Shown: positions 20,701 to 31,304, numbered from the stretch's first letter. The stretch is DNA of 64,000 nt from an uncultured Gammaproteobacteria bacterium (GCA_964565345.1 CAZMEQ010000002.1:7133-71132), one strand, 5' to 3'. Notes: a model not told the origin generated them from the sequence alone. Made by a program: numbers and translations.

Positions 20701-23700
20701 ATGGAAAACTCTAAAATCATCAACATAACCACCAAAAGAGACTAAAGGAACGGTTGTTTTGCCTAAGCCACCAACATAGAGTTTGTCGTACATGCTAGGG
20801 GTGGCTATCACATCTAGCTTTTCGCTAGTACAAACGCAACCCGGAGTTCCACTATCGCAAATTGTTCCACCAGCTGTTTTACAATCTAAATTATCCCGTG
20901 GCCAAACAAACATAGACGCTGTTTCTTGCTCTGAAACATCTGCTTTTCCGTTAATCGATAAAATGGCGGATTTAGAATCCTTATTATAAGACAAAACTAT
21001 CTGATTAAAACCATTATTTAATAAACCAGCAGCATCGCGAATACCGCGATAAATAATGTTATTGCCATATTTAATCTTAAAGACAACTGATCGCTTAATA
21101 TTTTCGTCAGTACAGTTACAGGCAGACGGCTGTTTAGAGCCGTTTAACACCTCAAACCAACAAACTGGATCAACCGGCGTAGCACACCAACGACGCACAC
21201 CCAACTGAACATGATCTTGATTTGGGACAGAGGCTATATCTGTTGATAAATTTTTATAAAATAGACGGACATATCTGTCTTGTGGTAAATCATCGTTATA
21301 AACCCAAGCTGAAATGGTCCAAGATTCTTTGGCTGTTTCGCTAGCGCCGTCTCTATTTAAGAAGTCTAAGTTATCATTAGCGCCAGACACGACATAATCA
21401 TAATTACGATCAAAATAAACACCAAAGCGTGGTTTAGGATCAATCTCCGTGAACTCACCAGACATCAAACCAACAAGAGGTAAATCGTCGCTTAAAATTT
21501 TATCTTCACCAAAATCACGACAATAGAATAAACCAGCATTGAATTCTTTTTCAACTAAATAGCTTGGTTTTAATTGGCCATTGTTGGTTGTTTCAAGTCG
21601 TAAGTCAAATTTTTTACGAGTGGGTTGCCCGTCGACATATTGATACTCAGCCGGGATAGCCCGTCCATAACTATTATAAACATCGCCAAACCACGGGTTG
21701 TCGCAAATAAAGACTTTTATATTACCAAAGCCCGTAAACTTTGCACCTATCTGATTAAAATTCCCTTGGTCTTTTGCGCAAACACATGTTGCCCCACCAG
21801 CAACACATGGAGCACCAGTATCTTCATCAGTGCACAGTTGAGCGACAGAATCTTCGGTGATTGTTGCCGTAGCTTTAATTTGTCCCTGACCATTTTTAGT
21901 TTGAGTTGTAATAACGGCAGCATAAGCATTTGGATTTATTGTAGCAAGGGCTGTGTCTGTTGATTCCCAAGCCCAATTCCAACTATAAACACCTGGGACA
22001 GGGAAAATATTTTGTGCGCCACTACGTGGATAAGCATAATAGTTAAACTCTTGCTTTGACTGCATAACAAACAAATCACCAGGAGTTACAGCCACATTAT
22101 CTAAACGGCAGAGCTCAGATCCAGTGGTGAATGTGATTTTTTTAGGTAAATCAGTAAAACCAACATTACATTTATTCTTTAAATTTCTGAATAAAATTTT
22201 ATAGGTTGTATTAGGCAAAAGAAGTTCCGCCGGGATCCCCCTCATTTCGGTCCCATTACCAGTCACCTTTATATCGCTTGTCATTTCTGGACCACGGCAA
22301 TGTTTTAATGGACCAGCTAGACCTATCTTGAAAAGTAAATTTCTAACAAATTCAATAACCTTGTTATATGTTTTAACGAACCAGTTTTTACTAGAATTAG
22401 ATACAAACTCGTCGATTTCCCCAGATGATAATTCCCCATTGGCGCAAACTTCAGCATCATAGTAAAACAACATGCCACTCTTGCGTTCGCAGCCAACAAC
22501 CTTTGTTGCCCCGTCGCACTTGCTCATATCTGCCTTTCCGTCTGGCATGAGCTGTTCGCCTCCATCGGTACAAATACAACTGTCGCCGCCCTTTATCTCT
22601 CCCTTTACCGTTGAATATAAAACTATAATTGAATTACGACAAACATCCTGAGCACCGTTCGATGGCACCGAATACGAACTCCCTCCAAACAACTCGGTTT
22701 CAGCGGAACAAGAAGCAGTTACGGCCTCGTCATACACTGATTTAGGAACACGCAAAGCAATGTCCGTGTCCCCAGTCTTAGTTTGTGGCTGACCTTGAAT
22801 AGTTTCTAAAGTTTGAGCAATAATTTTTTTAGTCAAACTATAAGTCACTGGTGGTTTGTCAGGATTTTTAGAATCAATATCTGGCGTTAATCTTAATAAA
22901 ACGCTATAAACATTGAAGGTATTTTTTTCGGTATTAATAGTTGCTTGTTGATATGGGCTCCCCTTAGTACCTGTCCCCAAAGCCTCACAACCACTGTCTT
23001 CTCCTAATTCCTTAAGGCCATTACCACACAAAGAACCATATTCACTATCTGAACCTATGTTAGTACATTTATTGGTACACCAAGCTGGAAATTCGCAAAC
23101 ACAACCTGCTTCACCCACAGCACAAGCTTGTTGCATTTTGCCACCGGCAGGACAAGCTGTTACTTCGGCGCAAAAGCATTGGTTCCCCACTTTAGTACAA
23201 CCAGAATCCCCCGAATCACACTTAGCCATATTCTGAACCTGCGTTGGACATGTTACCTCTTTGAAACAGGCCGTTTTTTCACATTCCTCCATACTTAAAC
23301 CCGCACCCGTTAAGTCCTCAACAATGCTATTGCCACAGCAATTATTTTCGCCCGGATTAACGCAAGATGGAAAACCAGTTATCAAACATTTTTCATTACA
23401 TAAAGGATTGGCTGAATCGCATTCCTCGCCAGCATCGACAGTCCCATTACCGCAAATAGGAAGACCAGCTACAAATTTAACCTGAGCGCCCTCATTTAAA
23501 CATTTATTGTTTACCCCATCACCGGCTTTATTGTTGCCATCATCAACGTCTTCCCCTGGTTCTGGGACTTTATTCCCACAAGTATAGCCATCGGCTGTAC
23601 CAGTGTTCAAACAACCAGCTGAACAAGCTTTACTCTTAGATACCAAGACACAATTATCTTCGGGCTCTGCTGTGGTTGGGTCACATGCCTCTTTATCTTT

Positions 23701-26700
23701 ATCTAAATATTCTGCACCCAAATCACACTCTTCGTTACCATTTTTAACACCATTGCCACAGCAAGCTGAACTTCCAGACAATTCAGCGGGCGTGCAAGCC
23801 GCAAAATTATCCCAGAGACAAGTTTCAATGTTACAATTGGCGATTGGTGGCTCACACTCTTCGCCAGTTGAAATTGTTCCATCACCGCAAACAGCTCTAT
23901 ATTTTACACTTCCTTTCAACAAACAATTACTATTACAAGTTGTAGAAACCTGAGTATTATAAACATTATTAGTTATGGTCGCGAGTGGGGCTCCATCAGT
24001 TGCGCCATTATCGGGGTCATTTGTAGACCAGTCCCAGTCATAGTTGAGTGGGTTTAATAATTGGCCATTGGGCGAACACTTGTCTGGGGCACTGGCTGGT
24101 TGCACTGCGTAATTTATGGTCTCGCCTGGAACGCCAGCCACATAACCACCAGGAGTTACGCCAACTGAGTTAATGACGCACTGGTTAGGATCATTTTTTG
24201 TTTTAAAGACCCAGCTAAAACTATTAAATGCTGCCCCGGGGATAACACCCGTTGGATCATGGTGATAATTTAAGTCAATTAATTTTACCCCACTAATACT
24301 TTCCATATCTCCAGAAATTACAACGCGGTGGTAACGATTAGGCAACAAATTCATGTTATTTACCAAATCGATTGTTAACAAATTTTGACCGAAAGAAACG
24401 CCAGCAGCCGGCGCATACAAATAATTTAAATTCAAGGTAACACCAGGCAAAGCAGAAATTACGGTACACTCTTCAGTATCACAACTATAAACTTTTACAT
24501 TGTTTTGATTTTCCACCACAGACTCCTTCATCTTGGTGTTAAAGTTAACCCCCATTTGAGCGTTAATACAGGCTTCTTTACACTTTGGATAATAACTTGT
24601 AACACGTGGTTCACTAAAATTAATTTCTAAATCAGCTCCCTTCTCGTATAATAAGCTATCAGCTGGCACCACGGCGTTAGCCAATATCTGGACTAAATTA
24701 CTTTCGGTTGTTTCTAAATCAATAGTCGCATTACATTCACACCCCTCACTAAATTGAGAACAACCGCCAGGTTGGCAAACCAACTTATCCGTACGTGTAG
24801 CATAAACGCCAATGTCATTACGTCTTTCGGTTGCAGCTGTACAATATGGCAAAGCACCAGGAATCGGCTCAACTAAGCAGGCATAACCCTTAGCCTCGGC
24901 TTTTTGCGCATCTGCTGCATCTGGAACTGTCCAAACCCACGGCTTATCAATTAAACTTATTTCTTGACACTGGTACATGCCAGTAACCCAGTATTTTTGA
25001 ATTTGTTGTACTGAAGTTATTTTACCTTTAGAAGGCGTCATTAAAAAATTATCAGGGACACAGTCAGTGGCTTTAGTTTTAAAATTCCAAACATAGCTTT
25101 GCGTCATAGTTTTACCTGGAACACCTGGTGCAAAACTATTTGCCGCCACACCACCTGGGCCGCCAACTATTTCTACTTGATACCAAGAATTTGCAAATAA
25201 ATTATACTTATTGCCTGATTTTTGAATTATATTTGGATAGGCATTAGTTCCAGGAGCGCCACCACCAGCATAGCTGGCAAACAAAGAAAATGAAGTCATG
25301 TTTTCATTAGAAGCGGCACAAACACACCCCTCTGTTCCAGGCTCACACTTAGCGCCCAACTTTGTACAAACAATACTGGCCGGCTGAGTACCGACATCAC
25401 TGGGAGCGATATTAGATAATTGACTGGAAAGACAATTAGGTGCGGTACAAGCAGTAAAGTCACAAGGAGTCTCGCTATCCGAAGCAAGACAACGTCGAAT
25501 AATAACATTGCCATTCAAGCTTGCTTCGTTAATTAACATGTTAAAGGTTGCTGAAATCAACCCATTAGGACAAGCTAATTTATCCTCTTTTTTAGGCGAA
25601 GGCGATTGTCTATAACCAGCATCAGTAGCAAAATCAGTCACAAAACAATTTCGTTCAATAACAGCTGGAATTTTAGGGATTACTCCAGTACTCATAACCC
25701 AAGCATACTCAGACTCATGGGTTACAATAGTAGAGCCACAAACATCTTCTTTGGTTGTTTTCGTTCCTTTGTTTGTACAAACTCCATTAGAACAACAAAA
25801 TTGATCGGCCTTACAAGATTCGTCATTTTTACAAGCACCAACCTTAAATTCAATAGCATTGCTTGCAACTGAACAATCTCCTCCCTCCAAACGAACACCG
25901 CCCGTAATTGCCTCGGCCGGAACGCGTGCCTTTTCTATAGTTTCAGCGCCCCAAACAATATCCCCCGCTTCATTAACCGGAATACGGTTGTCCTTATCTT
26001 TTACAAAAGTTAAATTATATAAATCTTTAGTGCCAAAATTTTCACCTGTGACTGTAAATTCTGTAGCAGCCGGTCCATTGCTTGGAGATAAACCGCACAA
26101 ACCCGGACCCGGAGCATTAGTGTTTACCACAAAGAAACGGTTATTACTTGGTAAACTCTGGCTTGTAATAACCTGGACCCAATAATTACCAGGACTTAAA
26201 CTCATGGCCTGATCGCCCTGTAACTTATTTGCTTCGGGCACCTTAACTATAATCTCGGTATCAGACCAGCTTCCAGCACCACAAGCAAAATCAGCAATAA
26301 AAGCAGGCAAAGGATTTCCATCCTCATCAGTTGCCTCTACAAATCCACCCTCGCCATTGTCCTCCAAAAGTTTTAAAATTACTTGACCCTGGGCGTCGCC
26401 AAAATTACTGCCAGCAATACTGATCATTTGTTTTACCGGAGCACTTTCTACACAAGTACAATCTGGTGACCCCACGATACAACAACTGTCATCAGCCTTT
26501 TTGCATGTTTTTGGCGTAATTTCAGTGATCGTAGGTAGTGCTCCTGGGTTTCTTACCGTAAAAGAAACAGGATTACTCAAAACATTAAAACAACTACACC
26601 CTGGAGAGCCTTGCTCACAACTTTCAATACAAGATTCAGCGCCAGATTCACAACCGTCTTTAACTTTGGAACAACGCTCCCCCTTACCAACAACAACATC

Positions 26701-29097
26701 GTAAATACCTTTATCTATTTGTGGGACACGAGCCCCCTCTATCTTTGTATCAGACCATAAAATAGTAACAGCTGCTTCTGTATCACCAAAATAAACAGCA
26801 TCGTCTTCTGCTTTTAACTGCCCATCTGGAGGATTACCAAATTTTTCACCCGACAACTGAACCAAAGTCCCGGCGACACCGTCCGAAGGCACCAAAGGAG
26901 CGCACAACCCTGGATAACGTAAAATTGGGTTGCGCACAAAATCTCCCTGCCAACCTTCGTCATCATCTTCGGTATCATCGAATCTATTATTGCCTTCGTT
27001 ATCTTTATTTTTCGTAACAACCTTAATTGGACCTGTTCCTACACCTTCCGGGACTTTGACTATAATTTGATTATTAGTCCAAGCACCAGCAGAGTCACAA
27101 CCTAGTTCTGCAGGTAGAGTGTATTTTTGTCCTGCCTCAACACCCTCACTAAACAAAACTCGACTTTCATTAATATCATAAGAAGAAAATCCATTCCCAT
27201 ATATAGTCACAAAATTACCGTCAATGCCCTCTTTCGGATTCGCGTTATAAATTATCGGCAAAGACTTACAAACACCTGTTGTTTCACCTTCTTTAATTTC
27301 ACAATAACCATTGGCACAATCTGAATCCTGCGTACAAGGGCCCTCATCACATGCCCCACAAGCGGGATCACCACAAATTATTTCGCCAGCGTCGTCGCAA
27401 CAAAAATCTGGTCTTAAATAAACGTTTGTTTTCTTATTACTGCTATTACCATCAACATCATTCGCTTCTAGCATTAACCAATGTTCACCTAAAGCATACT
27501 TTTGTTTTCCGCCAGCATCCAAAACGTTAACTTCCCATGGCAACGAACCTGAATATATAAGAGGTGTTGAAGGCAAAGAAACTTCTCCTATTGCATCTTC
27601 CTGCCCAGTTACGTGATCAACATATAAAGAAATAAGTGCCAACCCAGCGTCATCTTCGGCTCCAAAAGGAATGTCCCTTGAATCTATGCTTTCCTCAGGG
27701 AATTTACACATGCTCTTATTAAGAGCATTAAAATATACTTTGGGTGGAGTAACATCGCATACATCCCCAGTAGTAAACTTTGCCGTACAAACACTGTCAG
27801 TGGCATTACAAATTAAAGGATCGCCATCAGCTGACGTTAAACCAGTGGCCCCCGCCTTTATGGTAATGGTATATTCAGTATCTTTTTTTAAGGCATATTT
27901 AGAAGAGTCAGCCTGGTCACACACTCCAGCTGGAACAAATTCCACTAACCGCCCACTATTTTTGACTACAAAAGTGCCGTCGACTGTACTAGGTACAGAC
28001 TCGACTATATCTAACCACATGTAATCAAACTTTAAACAGTTAGTGCCAGTACGTGCCCATTTAATATAAATCTTATCTCCGCCCAAACACGCAGCATCTA
28101 AATCGATTTCATTATTACCATTAGGCGGCAACCAATTTTCTTTTATTTTAACTAAGTCTGCTTCTGTTTTACCGCAAAAAATATCCATGGTGGCCTGATC
28201 GCCGGAAGATGAACTTTCGAATTTTAATTTACCTGATTTTTCTGTCGTAATTCCACTCACATCGTATTCAACCAACATCGGGGTTTCACCCAAATACGTA
28301 GCGCTACATATTACCCAATTAGGGTTAATTGTTCCATCATCTTCTTTTATTTGCGCTAAAATTTGGGCTCCATTACCTAGCACCTCCGTGACCTTAACTG
28401 GCTTAACTGTTATATTTTGATCGACCGTTTCTGCACTGCCAGATATTATAATATTGTTTTTTAATATTTCAGGAGTAGAAACAACCGCCTGGTTAAAAGA
28501 AATTCGCGGATGAACATTGATAATTTTTTGTTGGCCCACGGGAACTATTGCCTTTACCCTCAAATACGCCTCGCCATAAATATCAAGACCAGAATATTCT
28601 GTATAATGGGTGGCCGAAGTACAACCGGCATCTCCGGGAAAATCAATTGTGCCATCTTTATCATTGTCTTTACCATCAGAACAAGCATAATAATATGTGT
28701 CATCGGTCACTGCCCCTTGTAACTTACTTATGACAAATGAAACTATCGCATATGATAATAAGATAATGGCTAAACCAATGGCCGCATTGATTAAGTATTT
28801 TTTAGCTTTATCAACCTTGTCTGCTTCACCACCCGAAGTCATGTATAAATAGCCCCCATAAAGGGTTAAACAAAGAGCAATAACTCCCAAAAAACCTAAA
28901 ATTACTTTTATAATCTTTCCAATAACAACTTTTAAATCCGCCTTTTGTAAGCCAGCGCCCGATGCACCCGCAACAGTATCTAACCCAGCAGTAATATCAT
29001 CGTTAGCTAAGACAGAGGCACCAAGCGAAAAACAAAAACTCAAAACAATAAAGAAAGCGACAACAAAAATTAAATTACGAAAAAACTTTTTAGACAT
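17755..29097 (-). CDS. Giant (3780 aa) cysteine-rich surface protein/adhesin
   Basis: N-terminal VirB2/TrbC-like pilin TM pair; Ig-like and IPT/TIG domains; CGNGxxExGEECD repeats; LamG-like (WTISAWVY..GYVDDFRVF); CxDGxDNDxDG repeats; C-terminal VWA-like (FFVDTSGSM). Confidence 0.85.
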   Translation of the reverse strand: MSKKFFRNLIFVVAFFIVLSFCFSLGASVLANDDITAGLDTVAGASGAGLQKADLKVVIGKIIKVILGFLGVIALCLTLYGGYLYMTSGGEADKVDKAKKYLINAAIGLAIILLSYAIVSFVISKLQGAVTDDTYYYACSDGKDNDKDGTIDFPGDAGCTSATHYTEYSGLDIYGEAYLRVKAIVPVGQQKIINVHPRISFNQAVVSTPEILKNNIIISGSAETVDQNITVKPVKVTEVLGNGAQILAQIKEDDGTINPNWVICSATYLGETPMLVEYDVSGITTEKSGKLKFESSSSGDQATMDIFCGKTEADLVKIKENWLPPNGNNEIDLDAACLGGDKIYIKWARTGTNCLKFDYMWLDIVESVPSTVDGTFVVKNSGRLVEFVPAGVCDQADSSKYALKKDTEYTITIKAGATGLTSADGDPLICNATDSVCTAKFTTGDVCDVTPPKVYFNALNKSMCKFPEESIDSRDIPFGAEDDAGLALISLYVDHVTGQEDAIGEVSLPSTPLIYSGSLPWEVNVLDAGGKQKYALGEHWLMLEANDVDGNSSNKKTNVYLRPDFCCDDAGEIICGDPACGACDEGPCTQDSDCANGYCEIKEGETTGVCKSLPIIYNANPKEGIDGNFVTIYGNGFSSYDINESRVLFSEGVEAGQKYTLPAELGCDSAGAWTNNQIIVKVPEGVGTGPIKVVTKNKDNEGNNRFDDTEDDDEGWQGDFVRNPILRYPGLCAPLVPSDGVAGTLVQLSGEKFGNPPDGQLKAEDDAVYFGDTEAAVTILWSDTKIEGARVPQIDKGIYDVVVGKGERCSKVKDGCESGAESCIESCEQGSPGCSCFNVLSNPVSFTVRNPGALPTITEITPKTCKKADDSCCIVGSPDCTCVESAPVKQMISIAGSNFGDAQGQVILKLLEDNGEGGFVEATDEDGNPLPAFIADFACGAGSWSDTEIIVKVPEANKLQGDQAMSLSPGNYWVQVITSQSLPSNNRFFVVNTNAPGPGLCGLSPSNGPAATEFTVTGENFGTKDLYNLTFVKDKDNRIPVNEAGDIVWGAETIEKARVPAEAITGGVRLEGGDCSVASNAIEFKVGACKNDESCKADQFCCSNGVCTNKGTKTTKEDVCGSTIVTHESEYAWVMSTGVIPKIPAVIERNCFVTDFATDAGYRQSPSPKKEDKLACPNGLISATFNMLINEASLNGNVIIRRCLASDSETPCDFTACTAPNCLSSQLSNIAPSDVGTQPASIVCTKLGAKCEPGTEGCVCAASNENMTSFSLFASYAGGGAPGTNAYPNIIQKSGNKYNLFANSWYQVEIVGGPGGVAANSFAPGVPGKTMTQSYVWNFKTKATDCVPDNFLMTPSKGKITSVQQIQKYWVTGMYQCQEISLIDKPWVWTVPDAADAQKAEAKGYACLVEPIPGALPYCTAATERRNDIGVYATRTDKLVCQPGGCSQFSEGCECNATIDLETTESNLVQILANAVVPADSLLYEKGADLEINFSEPRVTSYYPKCKEACINAQMGVNFNTKMKESVVENQNNVKVYSCDTEECTVISALPGVTLNLNYLYAPAAGVSFGQNLLTIDLVNNMNLLPNRYHRVVISGDMESISGVKLIDLNYHHDPTGVIPGAAFNSFSWVFKTKNDPNQCVINSVGVTPGGYVAGVPGETINYAVQPASAPDKCSPNGQLLNPLNYDWDWSTNDPDNGATDGAPLATITNNVYNTQVSTTCNSNCLLKGSVKYRAVCGDGTISTGEECEPPIANCNIETCLWDNFAACTPAELSGSSACCGNGVKNGNEECDLGAEYLDKDKEACDPTTAEPEDNCVLVSKSKACSAGCLNTGTADGYTCGNKVPEPGEDVDDGNNKAGDGVNNKCLNEGAQVKFVAGLPICGNGTVDAGEECDSANPLCNEKCLITGFPSCVNPGENNCCGNSIVEDLTGAGLSMEECEKTACFKEVTCPTQVQNMAKCDSGDSGCTKVGNQCFCAEVTACPAGGKMQQACAVGEAGCVCEFPAWCTNKCTNIGSDSEYGSLCGNGLKELGEDSGCEALGTGTKGSPYQQATINTEKNTFNVYSVLLRLTPDIDSKNPDKPPVTYSLTKKIIAQTLETIQGQPQTKTGDTDIALRVPKSVYDEAVTASCSAETELFGGSSYSVPSNGAQDVCRNSIIVLYSTVKGEIKGGDSCICTDGGEQLMPDGKADMSKCDGATKVVGCERKSGMLFYYDAEVCANGELSSGEIDEFVSNSSKNWFVKTYNKVIEFVRNLLFKIGLAGPLKHCRGPEMTSDIKVTGNGTEMRGIPAELLLPNTTYKILFRNLKNKCNVGFTDLPKKITFTTGSELCRLDNVAVTPGDLFVMQSKQEFNYYAYPRSGAQNIFPVPGVYSWNWAWESTDTALATINPNAYAAVITTQTKNGQGQIKATATITEDSVAQLCTDEDTGAPCVAGGATCVCAKDQGNFNQIGAKFTGFGNIKVFICDNPWFGDVYNSYGRAIPAEYQYVDGQPTRKKFDLRLETTNNGQLKPSYLVEKEFNAGLFYCRDFGEDKILSDDLPLVGLMSGEFTEIDPKPRFGVYFDRNYDYVVSGANDNLDFLNRDGASETAKESWTISAWVYNDDLPQDRYVRLFYKNLSTDIASVPNQDHVQLGVRRWCATPVDPVCWFEVLNGSKQPSACNCTDENIKRSVVFKIKYGNNIIYRGIRDAAGLLNNGFNQIVLSYNKDSKSAILSINGKADVSEQETASMFVWPRDNLDCKTAGGTICDSGTPGCVCTSEKLDVIATPSMYDKLYVGGLGKTTVPLVSFGGYVDDFRVFHGEKTPSAIKTDEETGLAVAWTFNTDTNSNNGIGAFKCTADYSAEYCTPVSCVKNQPGCTCVNITSQCLPDGGSFKFKHHNITDIAKQKGIFYGDNSGWQELNVDVENQCSNGVDDDGNGLIDTKDHKCTSANDGWESPALFAQYFFVRKDDMDYPSTNDMVPDAISLRIYENPEALPPSLWYKRYAPNPAASVPETKSDCLYDSFGEFCYAGTQDGRTIYVSAANVNGNNVYNNIYLLSYSQNSNPATQNIFGQMVEFLKFNMNVLNAENVNKLKVIRDTKRLQDFVLMHEYLKVYKAQNNGYVPQLESGTLQRHFSNSVWDSWKNELSKAIGFDMPVDPINALYNVPPQPQCFLSGTTTACQEQETNCICDNISKPVLCGTDVYSNPLACGSDEQCAIPGMSCVECSNVYDNRACYNSSTQTFDSLYGYYSILDKTDKDYGKNLTYTYEVNDLDYTKYRLRVYYEQPQLNYKYVPLIETSNVGWDAIKQDPEEIPETPGDAPECMDGIDNDKNGKIDYPNDEGCSSSSDETEDYPYHCKDGLDNDGDGRCDWDGCCINGIGKTKQQCLADKAAGQPVNWLEKDYSCQENGVQKSTHKSEVYPAQCNDGQDNDGDGDIDYCKLDGSNEATCDKACSSEYDDKETKKVLFAFFVDTSGSMRWQDHDPEMAHQDLILSIVNGIDTPAGCIPGAPGCTHIDGIRDVMGNNAYFVLGTSKTSPTEDARRAYFPAGQADHFLGWLDCANGWENCVKTQDIATCNATYNCGGAGRCVYNYCTQANQCSSNVCSSGTCSGAAPVCSSPYIYDGNAYMALRIDNVFMDALNVYDTKMTKAGASVDYDQTVYIVITDADDTYNPESRAATITAANARGIPIHFIYIKTGALGVSNFNFWYRYHGLCAGQACTANTDCASCVSSTSCSNACVNNVCIAPTTEPSVCINDINHQGIWMQGSTAELETKLKNLMSKFTTLPPPPPPDEDELNY

Positions 29098-29112
29098 TAT
29101 AAAAAATTATTT

Positions 29113-31266
29113 TTATCTTTCGATATTGCTCAAAACACATTCATTTAGATCTTCGGGGCTGGCTGGATTTATCCGAGTCGGCTTATAATCACCCTCCGAT
29201 GGACAACAGGAAACACCATAAGTTTCAGCTGTAATATCATCACCATCCGTATCAGTGCAGTCTAAATTGCTTTCATTCTGAACAGTTGATGTTTTTTGAG
29301 CATCTAAATTTCGGCTCGGCGTAAAACAATTTTGGCGCATATCACGGACTTGCGCCTTAATAACAGGCATATAAACTGGACCATCTGGAAGAGGTTCTCC
29401 CGGAGCCGGCTCTGGTACCTTGGCAAAAAGACCATGAGCCATATTTATCGTATTCATTAACGTACTTGGTGGGGCCGGAATTTCTAAATTCGGATCAAAC
29501 CAACTGCTGTAATTTTGACCATAAAGATAGACTTCGGTATCAACCGTAGCTGGATCTAACCCTTCATTAAAAATAGCTCTAATAGGAACATCAATCTCAA
29601 CATTTTCTGAAACATTTTTAGGTATTAATTCAACAATAGCTGGTGGAGTTAAATCTATGGCACTTCCCACACCAAAAGACCAGTCATCATAATTATCATC
29701 GGGCTGACCATCCGCCTTTCCATCATTATTACCATCAAGCGCATTACCCGCTAAATCAGCAATACCAGTTCCCAGTAAAGCGATTTCAGCCTCTTCATCA
29801 ATTTCGGCAGACTTAACCAATCCTTCTAAAATCTTATCAGCTGGTAAACAAAAAGCTTTTTCTCCGCAACTGTTTTCTTCTACCCCCTCACACTCCATTG
29901 AAGATATAAATTGAATTGTTCGGTATTGATTAATCCCGGTTAACCATTTACCAGGGACATACGAAGTAGTACAAGTCCCCACTTTTTCACCTGCGGCTAA
30001 TTTTAACTGCGCCTCGTTCACATCGCTTGTCGCATTACAAGCTGTTTGGTCTGTTCCGCCCAATAAAGGTAAAACTGGCTCATTAAAATTAACAACCACT
30101 ATTTGATTACGGAAAACTTTTGGCACAGCGCAATCGGCGTCCACACCAGGAGTACACAAGCTACTATCTGTTACTTTATCATCAATTCCAGCTTGATTAA
30201 CAGGAATAACGGAGACTATTTTCGGCGGTGTCAGATCAACGGCTGTACTGGTAGTGAAGCGCCAATAATAATCCCGAGGGTTGCTAAAAACAGACATCCC
30301 TGCCGGAGATAAACGCTTTATGCCATTGGCTCCACTCAACATATGAACCACGTAAGTTACGTTTTCTTCTGAACTTCCCAAATAATTAGACGAGCCAACC
30401 CCATTACCATAGGGATTAAAAACAACGGAACGTCTATCCTCTGTTATTAAAACAAAACCAGGAACAATGTCTTCAAAGTTCTCTGGGTCACTAATTTGTG
30501 CGTTTAAACAATCCGAGGGTGGAGTTCCATCTGGCCAATCAGGCATTTTATCGCAACGATATAACTTAAACGTATTCTTATTAATTGGACCACAAACAGA
30601 CGAATCGGCTGGACAGTCATCATTGGTACATTTAGTAATCGCTTCTGGACAACCTGTATAAGCCGAACTTGAGTCCATATCAATAAAAGATTTTTCTTCA
30701 ATTGGCATTTTAAATGTAACCACGACCATGGTATTGCGTGGTACGCCGGTTTGCTCCGGATATGGTGAATGCCCCGACAGAATTTCACCAAAAGCATTAC
30801 CCGAAAGACTATAACCCAAACCCTTGGGAATAGTAGAAGTAATAGTATAAGTACCGGTATCCTTATTTAGTAGGGCATTTAAAATAAAGGAAACAATCGA
30901 ATAGGCCGCAAAAATGATGATTAAACCAATGGTCGCATTAGTCATCCACTGTTTGGCCGTTTGCACCTTGGTCGGATCGCCTCCAGAAGTCATATAAACA
31001 TAGCCAGCGTAGAGGATAATAACAAAGAAAACGATCCCCAAGATACCAAGGAAAACCTTAATAATTTTCCCTATGGTTAAACGGATATCGCTCTTTACCA
31101 AACCAGCTTGAGTCCCAACTGTGTCCAACCCCTCCATAGCATCATCGGCCGCGGCCTGAACCGGTGAACTTAAAACTGGCATAAATAAAATAACTGCCAA
31201 CATAAACAACAAACAACTGGCAGTTATCCAAAAAATAAACTGATTTTGATTTTTTTTGACAAGCAT
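29113..31266 (-). CDS. Pilin-like N-terminus plus Ig-like (Big_5-type) domain surface protein
   Basis: IGKIIKVFLGILG..YAGYVYMTSGGDPTKVQTAKQWMTNATIGL; repeated DLTPP-x-I Ig starts; VPRNTMVVVTF. Confidence 0.8.
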   Translation of the reverse strand: MLVKKNQNQFIFWITASCLLFMLAVILFMPVLSSPVQAAADDAMEGLDTVGTQAGLVKSDIRLTIGKIIKVFLGILGIVFFVIILYAGYVYMTSGGDPTKVQTAKQWMTNATIGLIIIFAAYSIVSFILNALLNKDTGTYTITSTIPKGLGYSLSGNAFGEILSGHSPYPEQTGVPRNTMVVVTFKMPIEEKSFIDMDSSSAYTGCPEAITKCTNDDCPADSSVCGPINKNTFKLYRCDKMPDWPDGTPPSDCLNAQISDPENFEDIVPGFVLITEDRRSVVFNPYGNGVGSSNYLGSSEENVTYVVHMLSGANGIKRLSPAGMSVFSNPRDYYWRFTTSTAVDLTPPKIVSVIPVNQAGIDDKVTDSSLCTPGVDADCAVPKVFRNQIVVVNFNEPVLPLLGGTDQTACNATSDVNEAQLKLAAGEKVGTCTTSYVPGKWLTGINQYRTIQFISSMECEGVEENSCGEKAFCLPADKILEGLVKSAEIDEEAEIALLGTGIADLAGNALDGNNDGKADGQPDDNYDDWSFGVGSAIDLTPPAIVELIPKNVSENVEIDVPIRAIFNEGLDPATVDTEVYLYGQNYSSWFDPNLEIPAPPSTLMNTINMAHGLFAKVPEPAPGEPLPDGPVYMPVIKAQVRDMRQNCFTPSRNLDAQKTSTVQNESNLDCTDTDGDDITAETYGVSCCPSEGDYKPTRINPASPEDLNECVLSNIER

Positions 31267-31304
31267 GTTTTTACCGCCTAAGCGGATTATGGCAAATTAT
31301 GTTT

